Positions 46,992 through 60,083 of a stretch of 64,000 nt of DNA are shown one piece after another. The position numbers and the translations under genes are program-made. This DNA comes from Emiliania huxleyi CCMP1516. Its lineage: Eukaryota. The number at the start of each line of letters is the position of its first letter. Positions within the stretch are counted from its first letter, which is position 1. The stretch covers positions 112,736 through 176,735 of the forward strand of contig NW_005201391.1 in the NCBI RefSeq assembly GCF_000372725.1, written 5' to 3'. Under the pieces are notes generated by a model, which was not told the DNA's origin, searched no databases, and saw nothing but the letters and a program-made list of their open reading frames with translations.

Positions 46992-48095
46992 GAGACTGGG
47001 ACGACTGGAAACAAGAAGACAGTGAGCCACCGCAGGCGTCGTTGGCGCACATACTGAGCGGCAGCTGCGCTGGAAATAAGGAAGAGGCGCGTCACTTCAT
47101 GCGGAAGCTCGACAAACACACAGCGAGGGCGACAGCAAGAGTTGAACGGGAGGCGCCGGACTCAAAAGACACCGCCACATTCCTGAGACGAGCGAGGGCA
47201 GCCTCCTTAAAGGCGAAAGGGTCTAGATTTGGAGCGCTCGCCGAAGAGGAGTACGACAAAATAGCGCCCGTGATTGCCTGCACGCTACCCGCACTCACGG
47301 ACTCCATACCCGAAAGAAAGAGAAGGGAGCTCGCGGGAGAGGTGACGAGTGAACTACAGGTAGTGGGGAAGGCAGCCTCGATTGCCATACAGACATGGGT
47401 GCGAAACAACGACAAGACCAAGGCACGGGCAGAGGAACGAGAGAAGAATATAGGGTGGATAAAGCGCCTGTTCACGGCATGGAGGGTGAGCCACACCGAA
47501 CGTACCGAGCGAAGAGCCGAGCGGAAGGAGGACGGGGAAGATGACTCCGAGGACGACGAACCAGTGGAAATCCAGTTGTCAGATGTCACGATGCATCCGA
47601 AGGGGACCCCAGCGCCGGCATCATCCGTAGAGGCACGAGTGTTCGAAGAGAGAGTGGACCTGAGCAACAACATGACCTGTAGGCAAATGATCGGAGTGGG
47701 AGTCAGAAATGTGGTCCTTGCGCGAGGGGAGCTCGATAGACTCGAGGGGCCAGGATACGCCGCGAGGAGGACGGAGTTGCGCCGAAAGGCGAAAGAAGCC
47801 GCGAGAACAAGGGACCGGCAGGCGGCGGCGTCGCAGGACGAGGCAGAAGAGAACGACGCGACAGAGGAGGAAGTGACAAGGGAGAGAACGACGAGAGTGG
47901 GACGACCAAGAGGTGGCATGAAGGTTGCAGCGAGAATCGGCGAGAGACTGCGAAGAGAGATAGGAAGAGGCAGACTCCCTAGGGTGGGCGACGGCTAGCG
48001 CACCACACACCTCTCCTTAAAATCCCTGTGTGGTGGCGGCGTGCCGTCCTCCCATCCCTCCCTTGGGTTGTCTGTTTTCTTTCTTTCTTTCTTTT
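46992..48095 (+). mobile_element. 5'-truncated LINE (ORF C-terminus, 3' UTR, (TTTC)n tail)
   Basis: ORF with SLAHILSGSC (the HxxxxC end of the LINE zinc knuckle), stop at 47998. TSD ACGGAGGCCGGG at 46980-46991 and 48096-48107. Confidence 0.88.
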
Positions 48096-48172
48096 ACGGA
48101 GGCCGGGCGGAGGGGTTTTGAATGGTGACGCCGTCGCCAAGTGGGAGTGTGTCGTCGCGTGTCCTTGTCTGG

Positions 48173-48449
48173 TGTTTAATAGCTCCGAGTAGAGGGGGCG
48201 TTCTGCTGCTAGGGGGGAAACCTGGAGCGCGGTACTAACCCTCGGAGAACCGTGTTTATTTTAGGGCCGCCCCTTTCCCTGCGGACGCGCACCCGCCCCC
48301 CAGGGCTACTGACGTACACGTACCGGGCTCTCTTGCCCGCAACCCGATCCCGATCATCTGGCCCGCTGGGTGTGTGCTTCTTAGCCCCCCGGCTCTGGGG
48401 GAGCTGGGTGTGAGGCTAATCCTAATGACTGCACTCCAAGTGCTCCAAG
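48173..48449 (-). mobile_element. Internally deleted copy of unclassified 'family A' element
   Basis: Joins the 5' motif and the 3' motif of 52841-54656 in under 300 bp. Confidence 0.75.
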
Positions 48450-48625
48450 GTCGGTCTGTCGCTCTACCCCGGTGGCCCTCTGACACGTTCACCCACAAGG
48501 CCAGCGAATGCGCACCCCCTCCACCGCCCACTCCCAATTTCCGCAATTCGCGCAATCAGTCCACACACGCAATCGGTCCACACACGCAATCGGTCCACAC
48601 TCTCCTCTCGCTGCTCCCGCGGCGC

Positions 48626-50400
<1,775 letters not shown>

Positions 50401-50734
50401 CACAGAAACAGGGCGCACGGAGGCAGAGGAGGTGAGAGGGGGGGGGGGGGGTGCGGTGTGGTGCGGTGTGATCAGAGCAGCGCGTGGGTAAAGACGGCTG
50501 TGGATTCGAGACGTGACTGCGGCTGACCACAGCCAAGCACGTCTCGTCTCGAGCGCTGGTTGGAGTACACGTGGTTGTGTGCCCGCATCTAGGGGCCGGA
50601 GGCATGATGGAGCGGAGGAGCGGCTGCAGCGGAGGAGGCACCAGCACCTTGCAGAGGGGCGTGGGACAAAGCAGCAGTGTGACCGCGTGCGTGTGGGCTC
50701 GTCGTCCGTGCCAGGACGTGTGCACGATCTGGAC

Positions 50735-51242
50735 TCAAGTGCCCTCCCCCCGCCCCACCCCCCCGTGCTCGAGAGCGCGCGCCTCGTCGAGCGCCCGGTC
50801 GAGGGAGAGCGCGTCGCGGATGAAGCCAAAGGCGAGGAGGAGGAGGATCTGTCCCTCCCAGAGGGCGAGCTGCAGCGCGCCCAGCGCCAGCAGCCACCGC
50901 AGCGCCAGGCACTCGAGGTGGCCGCAGTCGGGAGCATCGAGGAGGTGCCTCCACCCCCGCGAGGCGGCGGCGCGAAGGTCGGCGCCGCTCCAGCGCCGGC
51001 GGCCGAGCAGGCAGCTGAGGAGGTAGGAGAGCAGGCCGGGGGCGCGGAGCCCGCGAAAGGGTTGCTGGCACACACTGCAGACTGCAGAGTTGAGATTAGC
51101 GCCGTGCGAGTACTTGAGCCAGCGGAGAAGGCACTTGGTGTGCACAAACTCGAGCGAGCCGCGGCAGCCGCACGGCTTCACGAGAGGAGCGTCCGGGTAC
51201 GCGACGTCGCGGCAGATGCGGCACTCGGGCTCCTCTTCCATG
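50735..51242 (-). CDS. RING-CH (RINGv/MARCH-type) E3 ligase with transmembrane segment
   Basis: CRICR...LVKPCGCRGSLEFVHTKCLLRW...CSVC (C4HC3). Both ends are uncertain. Confidence 0.85.
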
Positions 51243-51317
51243 TCCAGAACGGGGCGCCGCGCGCTCAGGAGCGCTCGCCGCTCGCAGGCCAACTCCTCCG
51301 TCCTGCACAGTGCGTGC

Positions 51318-51494
51318 GGGTTCCAACTTTTTGGGGGGTATGGTATGGTACGCGGCCCAAAGGGTGGGGGGGTATGGTCCTGACCGCCCATCCCCGGTCT
51401 CCGGGAGGCTGGGTCTGTCAGCAGGCGGGGGGGTATGGTCTCGAGGTGGGTTGCGTGAGCCTACCATACCATACCCCGCAAAAAGTCCGAACCC
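51318..51494. mobile_element. Small MITE-like inverted-repeat element
   Basis: GGGTTCCAACTTTTTGGGGGGTATGGTATGGTA pairs with TACCATACCATACCCCGCAAAAAGTCCGAACCC. No TSD seen. Confidence 0.65.
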
Positions 51495-51964
51495 AGGTTG
51501 AACTCGATGCCGCAGCTTCACAGCCTCCGCCGTGAAGCTTCCAGCATGTCGAGGGCGGACGCGCTTCGGCGCCATGGTTTTGGCGCAGCGCTTCGCCGGC
51601 TGTCATCCCAGTCCATTGGTCGCTCCACAACGATTCCCAGGCGTGCCCGCAGCTCTACCCGCCGAACTCACGATTTTGGGCGCTCAAAAGCGCCGACTTT
51701 GTGGTCTCGTCAAGATTTGCCCGACGGGAGGCGACATGGGGCTTCTGGGGGCGGAACAATTCACACCTCGCGCAACAACTTATGTTTTCGTAAACGTAGT
51801 CGTGGCCCCCCGCTACGTCGGACGAGTGCAACTGGGTACTCGAGTAGGGTGGCGCACGCAACTTCTCTAAACGCTACGACCGCGTGCCTGATCGAGCTCT
51901 AGCCCCAAGGCTGGCACGCGTCCGAACTCGAGAGGCAGCGCGTGCCTGATCGAGCTCTGCAACG

Positions 51965-52603
51965 ATGAGCCGACCAGCGATCGGCAAGCGGAAGCAGCAG
52001 CAGAAGCGCCGGCGAAAGGCCAAGCAGCGCAGTCGGCAGCCATCGCGCCACTCGAGCGGCGCAGACGCGGCCGCCGCGGCATCCAGCGCGACCGACAAGG
52101 CCACCGCTGCTGTGGCGGCGCTGGAGTACCTCCAGGCGTGGTGCCGTCGCGAGGAGGGCGGATGGAAGTTCAGCAAGGTACGGCAGAGTTACTTGCTGCG
52201 CGCGTGGCCCGACCCAGTCAAGCTGCCGCGCGAGGCCTTCGGCCTGCTGCTCTCGTACCTGCCGACGATGCACGAGGGCGCGATTGCGCGGACGCTAGAG
52301 CAGGCGACCGCGGTCGCCGCCGCGGCCGAGGAGGAGCGGAAGCGGCTCGAGGCGTGCCTCGACGAGGCGGAGAGGGCCGAGGACGCCGCCGAGGCGGACG
52401 AGGCTCAGCTGGCGGTGCTCAAGATTCGGCTGATGCGGGCGCTCAAGGTCGCGGCGGCGCTGGGGCCGGAGGAGGGAGAGGAGGGCTCCGAGGAAGAGGA
52501 GGGCGGCGATGAGGACGCGGGAGAGGAGTCAGAGGAGGGCGAGGAGCGCAGAGCGGAGTCTGGCTCGGAGGATATGAGGAAGAGGGAGACCCAGAGGACG
52601 TGA
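51965..52603 (+). CDS. WKF-domain protein (C7orf50/DUF2373-like)
   Basis: ALEYLQAW...WKFSKVRQSYLL, basic N-terminus, acidic tail. Confidence 0.85.
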   Translation: MSRPAIGKRKQQQKRRRKAKQRSRQPSRHSSGADAAAAASSATDKATAAVAALEYLQAWCRREEGGWKFSKVRQSYLLRAWPDPVKLPREAFGLLLSYLPTMHEGAIARTLEQATAVAAAAEEERKRLEACLDEAERAEDAAEADEAQLAVLKIRLMRALKVAAALGPEEGEEGSEEEEGGDEDAGEESEEGEERRAESGSEDMRKRETQRT

Positions 52604-52840
52604 GACATCGACTCGCCGCCTTGTCGCTTGTGTGTCATGCTACATTCACACAAACAACCATCCCGTTTTGCGCTTAATGCTGCTGCGTCGCCGTGCCGCG
52701 TGGGATCGGCCTCTCTCGAGAGATCGGCCTCTCTTTTTTTTGACTCTTCACGTGTCTCTATCGCGCCCCTTATCTCGCGGCACTCGGGTGGATTATCCGT
52801 CTAGCGTCTACGTCTATCGATCTCCTCTACGGACGGTGTG

Positions 52841-54656
52841 ACTTGGAGCACTTGGAGTGCAGTCAGTAGAGCCGTCGACACCCAGGGCCGGGCCCGGGGA
52901 GCTAAATAAGATGTAAGAAGCGCGGGGACGCCAGGAGATCGCCGGGAGAAGCGCACCCCCAACTCCCGGCACGATGGCAAACCGGGTGTGAGCGAAGTCG
53001 CCTCTATTTGTCACTCGCCATGCGCGTCCTTGGCTGGCCCTCCAAAACTCCCTCCCCGCCGTTCGCGGCTCGGCTTGCGTATGCGGGTGGGAGCTTCGAG
53101 GACATGCAGGCGTCCCACCCCCTCCGGCCATCCCCCCGGCTCCCAAGTGCGCGGCCGTGACGCGCTGCGCACCCTCTTCCGCGCTGCGCCCGCTCTCGGC
53201 ATGGCCGTCGTCCGCCGAGATCACCTCCTCTTCGCGCCGCAGGTGCACAACCAAGGGCTGGCCACCTCCGTATCCATCATGGTGAAGCCAATGGCAGCCA
53301 AAAAGGGAGAGCGCTCCCCTCCCAGGTGGCCGGAGGGTACACCTCGGGTCGGCGTGCTGGGGGGGGCGCTGGTGCGCAAGCCCACTTTCCGGGCGCCCCC
53401 GAGGGGGAGGAGGCCGGGCGAGTGGCAGCAATTCACTGATATTGTCCCGGGCCGCTGCGGCACCGTTTATACGGCCCCTCGTGATGTCCCTTTCCGATTT
53501 TGCATTGTGAGTCGTCCTCTGGCCAGCCGAGGGGCACCAGAACGGCATGTGTACTGCTGCTGGCTGCGGGTGCGGAACGGGCTTTTTTTAACTCGCAACC
53601 AAGCATACTATACAAGGACACCCTCGGGGGGGACACTCGGCGCATGTGCGACGCGTCAGGGTGGAGTTGGCGGTGGCCGAGCGTCGTCTCCCAATCGACT
53701 CGCAGCGCGGAGTCGAGGGGTGAAGCGCGTCGCGCTGCGACACTCGAGAGCCGGCGGGATGGCCGTAGCGCGTAGGGCGCAGCCGACTTTGATGTCCTCG
53801 AAGGTCCGGTGAGCATTCGTCCTCTAGACCCACGCGTACAGGAAAGGGGCGAGAACGAGGCCTTTTGAGGCGGACATTTTGGGGCGACATCCACCCCCGT
53901 GACGAAAACGAACACACACCAAGCGCTAAGCGTGAGGACACGAGTTCGAAATTCGTAGGAGCATCTGAGCAAAATTGAGCCCGCTCAGGTGTGAACAAAA
54001 AGTATAAGGGTCGACCAGGTTTCGAACTGGGGACCTCCCGCCAGCGGGAAGGCTTCCAGCAAGATACGCTGGATTGAAAAGGAGGTCACAGTTCGGGAAA
54101 CCTATGTAGCATACCGCGGGAATTAGACACCACAGAACGCACACACCGACGCCCGAAGTGCCAAGAAGGACGTCATCAGTACGAAACCTCAGAAGGCCAT
54201 GGGCGCCGAGAGAACATTCCCCCGAGAGGACAAAAGAAAAAGGCTTCGCACCCCCTCCTTGCGCAGTGACCCTCGCTAAGTGTCGCCGTTATCGGGGCAC
54301 GCTATCCTGCGCAGGCAGGGCGAGCCGGGGGCGGGGGGCACTCCCCCTGGTCTGATACTGGGGTGTGACTGTCTCCAGTCTCGGAGGGGGGCAAAAAGAT
54401 AAGAATATCTAATTTTGGGGCGACATCCTGGCGCGTTCGCCGTTCCACACAGTGGGGTAGCACACGTGCGCAGCATAGCGTCCTGTTTACCCCGCGTTAA
54501 GAGCTCGCGTATATTTTAGCTGTTTAACTTTAAGGGATCGGGTTACGCGGGCGCTAGAGAGCCCTAGCCCTGGGGGGTGCGCGTTCGCAGGGAAGGGGCC
54601 ATAAAGTAAACACGGTTCTCCGAGGGTTAGTACCGCGCTCCGGGTTTCCCCCCTAG
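52841..54656 (+). mobile_element. Long copy of unclassified 'family A' element containing an unknown ORF (~53020-53812)
   Basis: Both ends match the short copy at 48173-48449. No TIR, LTR or tail recognised. Confidence 0.65.
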
Positions 54657-54860
54657 AGTGACGAGACTGTGCGCTCGTGAGACGCGTGACGAGCTGACAC
54701 GACTGTGACTCAGATCTCGCGAATGCGCGAGTCGTAAACATCGACTCGTTTGCGACGCTGCAGCTAGCGAGCGGCGTGCAAGGGGCCAGCATGTGCTGCC
54801 CCATCGGCCCAACATCACCTCGGGCCGCGACCCTGGTGTGCTTGCTCAGTACGTGCCAGC

Positions 54861-55505
54861 TCACTGCAACTTCGAGCCCTGCCAAAAGTCGGCGCCGTTT
54901 GGCTCGAGAAAGGCGAGCCACTGCTCGGGTGTCCACCCGCTGGAGACGATGCCCGCCTCGAGCCCGTTGACGTGCACCGTCGGAGTGACGTGCACGCCGC
55001 GCGTTCGGTGGTGCTTGCAGATCCATTTGACTGCCTGCGTCACCTCGTTGCCCACGTTGTTGCCGTCGGCGGAGGCGCGCATCGCGAGCTTCGCCGCCGT
55101 CGCGGCGCGGTCTACCCCGACGGACGCCGCCAGGTCGCACAGCTCGGCGTTGATCTGCGTGCGTGACTTCTCCCACGTGTCGCGGTCGGTGAACTTACCC
55201 TTGTCAAAGCACTCGTAGATGGCGCCAATGTAATTTGGGTACAGATCCGGCGCGACCTCCTTCACCGCGAGAGCCGCCTCGTGCACGTACGAGCCCTGCG
55301 CGTGCCACGGCTGAGGCACCTGGTGCAGCACAAAGCACGCTCGGTCGCCAGCACGCTCGATCACCCTGCCCTCGGTGAGTGTGACAAACATCTTGCGCGA
55401 GAAGGGACAGATGAGGTCGAGGAACATCTCAACACGCACAGGTGAAGCGGCGGCCGCCGAGTTCAGCACGTAGCCGATCGCAGTCGGAGACAGTGGCGGC
55501 CCCAT
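54861..55505 (-). CDS. Thioredoxin-fold DsbA-like protein (CxxS)
   Basis: VEMFLDLICPFSRK, QVPQPWH, RGVHVTPTVHVNG. Confidence 0.85.
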   Translation of the reverse strand: MGPPLSPTAIGYVLNSAAAASPVRVEMFLDLICPFSRKMFVTLTEGRVIERAGDRACFVLHQVPQPWHAQGSYVHEAALAVKEVAPDLYPNYIGAIYECFDKGKFTDRDTWEKSRTQINAELCDLAASVGVDRAATAAKLAMRASADGNNVGNEVTQAVKWICKHHRTRGVHVTPTVHVNGLEAGIVSSGWTPEQWLAFLEPNGADFWQGSKLQ

Positions 55506-55556
55506 TAGTCTCAGAGCCAGCACTGCCGACGAGCGTATGAGCTCAACGCGGGTCGA

Positions 55557-55712
55557 CAGGGTTCCAACTTTTAGGAAGGTGGGGGGGGAAATCGGCCCAC
55601 GGCAGACGTACGTCCGTTACACGCCCAAATAGGGGGTAGGGGGTAGGGGGTAGGGGGTGACGCCCAACCCCCCGACTTACTCTACCCTACCCCCCTCGCG
55701 CCTCGAACCCTG
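55557..55712. mobile_element. Small MITE-like element related to 51318-51494
   Basis: CAGGGTTCCAACTTTT ... GAACCCTG ends; internal GGGGTA/TACCC repeats. Confidence 0.5.
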
Positions 55713-55825
55713 GCGGCACCGCGGGTGCACTAACTTCCGAGAAACCCTTCGGCACGCTCCTCGTCGCAAACCCCGTCAGCAGTCCTCCTCCGGGAATGTA
55801 CGTAAGTCTAAGAGCTACACACACT

Positions 55826-55895
55826 AAATAAATAAACAAAACGGACTGCAGATGGGTAAAAAGGAACAGGTCCCCGCCCGTGCGATCTTCGTATG
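55826..55895 (-). mobile_element. Short LINE 3' end with (TTTA)n tail
   Basis: GATGGGTAAAAAGGAACAGG..CCCGCCC.TGCGATCTT as at 13435-13472. ACACACT on both flanks. Confidence 0.7.
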
Positions 55896-55950
55896 ATACA
55901 CACTGAGAGAGAGAGAGAGAGAAGAGTGGTTTGCAACACAAAACTCCTTA

Positions 55951-57320
55951 GGGACCCCTAGGCTTAAAAGGGTGGCCCTGGGGCGCCTGCGGCTTAAACG
56001 GCTTGAAACTTGCCCGGGCAAGTTTTAAGAAAGAGCTGCTGGGCCGCCAATTCCGTAAAGGAAGAATTTCAGATTACTCGGAATCTGAAAATGTTTTTTT
56101 CAGATTACTCGGCGAGCACAGATTACTCGGAATCGAACAAAATTTTAGGATTGTAGATTACTCGGACCGAACAAATATTTCCTCAGATTACTCGGCTCGC
56201 CTGCTTACCCATTTCAGTCGTGAGAGGGACTGCTTCTAAAATTCTTTGATGTGCTGTGCGACCGCCTTTCGTTAAAAAAAAATTCAGCTTTACTCGGATC
56301 CGCCCGCCACGATCCTGAAGACACATCGCACGAAACCCTCGAGAAGCACACAGAGCATGATCCACGCGTTCGCCGCCTCCCGCTCCCGCTCCACCCGCCG
56401 CGACGGGTGGGTGCGCAAGCCGCCTCCCGCAACCATGGGCGACTATCTCCTCGGTGGAACCGCACTCAAGCAGGCTCCGGAGCACCCGACCTCCGCGAGC
56501 ATCACGAGCATCAAAGAGAAGGTGCTCAACCTCAACGACCAGACCGCCTTCCCTGCGTTTGGCAAGAGCGGCGGCGGGGAGAAGTCGGCGGGAAAGCCGG
56601 CGGCGGCGTCCAAAGTGGCGCCCCGGCTCGCAAAGGCGAGCAAGGCCTTTGTCGTCAATTGTAGTGTTTGTTTTGTTGTATCGACTGCGTTTCAACTCCC
56701 GTCAGCCGTCGGTCGCGCGCATCCGCATGTAGCGAGATGGGAAAGCGGGTGTAGACGCGGTGTTGGTGCACAGGGCGGCGAGACGTTGTGACAGCAGCGT
56801 TTCGTGCGAAGGGCGCGAGGAGTCCGTGTAGTGGTTGCGCACGTTGGATTGGAGGGGGGCGTTCGGCGGCGGCTTTTCCCAGCCAGATGTTTACTCGGGC
56901 GATGGAAATGTCTAACTAATCGGTTTCTTCAATTTACTCCGGCTGGCCCCGAGTAAACTGCGACGGAAAGAAATGTGAATGTGGTCCTGTTTTTTTCAGT
57001 TTACTCGGGGCCCCGAGTAAACTGCGACGGAAAAAATGTCGAAATGTCGTCCCGAGTAATCTGGTTTTTCAGTTTACTCGGAAATCCGCGTAATGTGAAA
57101 AACAATTTCAGATTCCGAGGAAACTGGGATTTTTCCTTCCGTAAACGGTCTTAAACGCTTAAACGGTGTGCGGGAGAGCTCCCGAGGTCGATGGTCCGGG
57201 AGGCTCCCGGTAGACGCCGGAGGCCGGGAAGCTGGCTACAGTCAGCTAGCACGCGTCCCCTATGCGAGTATGGCTCCTGTCAGTGCACCTGCAGTGCACC
57301 AGACTTACAGATGTGTCTTC
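55951..57320. mobile_element. Second copy of the Tourist-like MITE, split by a nested insertion; right end unresolved
   Basis: Colinear with 17542-17778 once 56060-57145 is removed. Confidence 0.75.
56060..57136. mobile_element. Mutator-like (MULE) non-autonomous element
   Basis: ~40-bp imperfect TIR GGAAGAATTTCAGATTACTCGGAATCTGAAA. Perfect 9-bp TSD TTCCGTAAA (56051-56059, 57137-57145). Subterminal TTACTCGG repeats. Confidence 0.88.
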
Positions 57321-57484
57321 CATAGTCTGAGGGTATCCTAAAAGTTCGGCCGATTTGGGTCAAAACGCTAAAAGCACGCCTAGGCGTAGATTTGGGGCAA
57401 AACGACAAAAGTGGGCCCGCCCGGGGCAAAATGGTAAAAGTCGCGCGCCGCAGGCGCGCGAAAATTTTGGACATTCTACGTACT

Positions 57485-57650
57485 CTCCGGCAGCGCCCGC
57501 GGCGCTCTCCAAATACTCGCTCACTATAGCGGCGTGCAGCCGGCGGCGCAGCCACGCCTTGTTGCCCGAGAGGGCCTCGCCACGCTCGCCCAGCTCCTCC
57601 TTGAGCTCCACCACCTTCATCGCCACCAGATCCTTTTGGACCTTTCGCAT
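57485..57650 (-). CDS. SAP-domain coding fragment
   Basis: LVAMKVVELKEELGERGEALSGNKAWLRRRL fits the SAP consensus. Confidence 0.6.
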
Positions 57651-58953
57651 CGCCGCCGCCGCAAAGAGCCCCGGGCAGCGGGCTCAGCCTCGTGCTCAGC
57701 AGCGCCCGCCCGCCCGCGGCCACGTTGGCGCTGGCGATCATCACGGTGCCGGCAGACGTGGGGTTGCTATCATACGCAAGCACGAGCGGTCGGTGACGCG
57801 ACGGCGTGTGTAGGGTGCCCACAGGACCCAAAAGAAAATAGCTTTCTGGCTCAAAAAGGGACGCACGCGGCAAATCTGATGTTGGCCAGTTCCAATAGGA
57901 GAGAGGCCTCTTCCGTTGGGGGACCGAGTGACTAGGAAACGAGGGTTCCCCGGTTTGTCACGCGCGAGCACGAGCGTGACACTGCACTTGGCGCCGAGCG
58001 CCCGCGGCTCAGACCTTGTGCAGGCCACCCCTCATTGGGCACGCCGGTCTGGACCGATGGCGCTCGGTGTGGAGCAAGCAAGACACACCCACCCCCCCTC
58101 GGCGCGCGCTCGCCATTCCAACGGCCGCCAGGAGCACGAAGAGGACTCCTCATGGCTGTGCCCAAGTGGGCTTCGACCGGCCTCGGCTGGGGGGGCGGGT
58201 TGTCCCGGTTGCGGACGCGTTCTGCAGCCCCCTGGGCCCGTGACAGCACCCCAAAACTGCCCCTCGGCGGCATACAGCACTGCCAGCCAGCCTCTTCCTC
58301 CTCCTCAAGGGCTGTACTATAGGCCATATTGCGCCGCCTCCTACTGGCAGCCGGGCGGGCGCGCGCCGCGGGCGCCTCGGCGCGCGCACGGCTCGCAAAG
58401 TTCGAACGAGTACTGCCGCCCGGCCGCCTCAAGGCTGCCGGGCGGCAGTACTCGCCTCGCAAGGCGCGCACCGGCTGCTCTGGCTGCTGCGCCGGCGGCC
58501 GCTGCGTTGGCCGCTGCTGCGCCGGCTGGCGGGCGACACGGCCGCCGGCGGCCGCTGCGCCCGCGCCTTCCCTCGCGGGCGCCGTCGCGCCGCGCGCGCC
58601 CAATTCTGCTGGTACACGGCACGCGTCGTCACACAGCCGCGGAGAACAGGCGGTGCAGCGCGCGAAGCGCGTGCGATCTCGTACTTTTAAGGCTGGATCC
58701 GGCCATTCCAAGGGTATACCTTTGAGAATCCCCAGCGTCCCACCCTCCTAGTCACACTCTCAATATCTCGACTAGCCAACACGAAGTGCTGCGATCGGGG
58801 GTGGCCCATTTGTTTTTTCTTTTCTTTTTTTGGTCCTGTGGGCACCCTAGCGTGTGCATCACCGTTGCCCAGGCGCGAAAGTGTGTTGTGGGAGGATGCG
58901 TCCTTATGTGTCAGAACTTGTAGCGCTACATGTTTGGACACACACGGGAACTA

Positions 58954-58969
58954 TCTCTCACTCTCTCTC

Positions 58970-59045
<76 letters not shown>
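58954..59045. repeat. (CT)n microsatellite
   Basis: Direct reading. Confidence 0.95.
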
Positions 59046-59048
<3 letters not shown>

Positions 59049-59441
59049 CCTCAATCGCTACCAACCAATCCGCAAGAAAGGAAGCTCTCTCTCCCAATCC
59101 GCAATCGCTACCCACCCAACGCGGCCAAACAAAGCCCAAAGGATCTGATCCCCCTCGAGAACCTCGAGAGTACACCAAGCGAGAGAAGAAAAACAACTTA
59201 GACAGGCTCGACACAGGTGCTGACTGGCGGCGCTAGCACCGCAGGACAAGGAAAATCTCGCCCCCCCCGCGCAATGCACCACCCCCCCCCCGGGCGGGGG
59301 GAAGCTTGCGGGTGGCGGTCTCTAAACGCTGGTCAACGGTCAAGCTCACTGGGCACTTGTCAGCTCGATCATCAACTTTTCCCCTCACTGTCGGGCGACG
59401 CCCTGACCGGCCATCGGTCTACGCGCTGCTCCGGCAGGGTC

Positions 59442-60083
59442 ATGATTGGAGGTAGTGATGGGCTTGCGGGGCTTGCGCTTGGCGCCGCCCTCGCCGCTGG
59501 CACAGCTGGACTACTCGTACGACGGCTGGGCTGGGACCGGCTGAGGTGGGCAACGCCACATGCGCTACACTTGGAGCAGCTTAACGTGCACGAGATCATT
59601 GAAGACGACACCACCTCCGTGCGCTGCGAGCTCAGCGAGAGCATCGGCCGCCTTAAGCTCGGCGTGATGGAGGTGAGAGCCGCCGCCGACGCCGTGCGAG
59701 GCTCACTGGCCGGAGCAGGGGCGGAGGCGCGGGTGGTTGTTCAGTCAGCCAGCGCTCTCGACGGTCGGTCGGCGGAGCTCGAGGCGGCCTCTTGCCGCTG
59801 CGCTGAGCGTGTCGAGCTGCTCACTCGGCTGGTTTTCGACAGCCGCACTGCCTCTCTCCCACCTGAGGTGTCGCCCGAAGTGGCGTCGAAGATTCTAGCG
59901 CTTGACCGGGCGCGGGCGGCCGCCACCCTCCCCCTTGCGCTGCCGGACGCCCTCCGAGACCTCGGACACGCGAGCGCTAATCGGCAACCAGCGACCGCCG
60001 TGGACCAGCCGCCACGCAGACGCCTGCCACCGCTCCCTACCCACCCGCCGCCACCGCCGGCCTCGTCCTCTCGCGTGGCCTAG
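59442..60083 (+). CDS. Hypothetical protein with N-terminal hydrophobic anchor
   Basis: MIGGSDGLAGLALGAALAAG followed by a helical region. No family recognised. Confidence 0.4.
   Translation: MIGGSDGLAGLALGAALAAGTAGLLVRRLGWDRLRWATPHALHLEQLNVHEIIEDDTTSVRCELSESIGRLKLGVMEVRAAADAVRGSLAGAGAEARVVVQSASALDGRSAELEAASCRCAERVELLTRLVFDSRTASLPPEVSPEVASKILALDRARAAATLPLALPDALRDLGHASANRQPATAVDQPPRRRLPPLPTHPPPPPASSSRVA

Noticed and set aside
54160..54195. CTGATGA (minus strand) and GAAAC as a hammerhead ribozyme core
   Set aside because: The two core parts lie on opposite strands and the stems cannot form.
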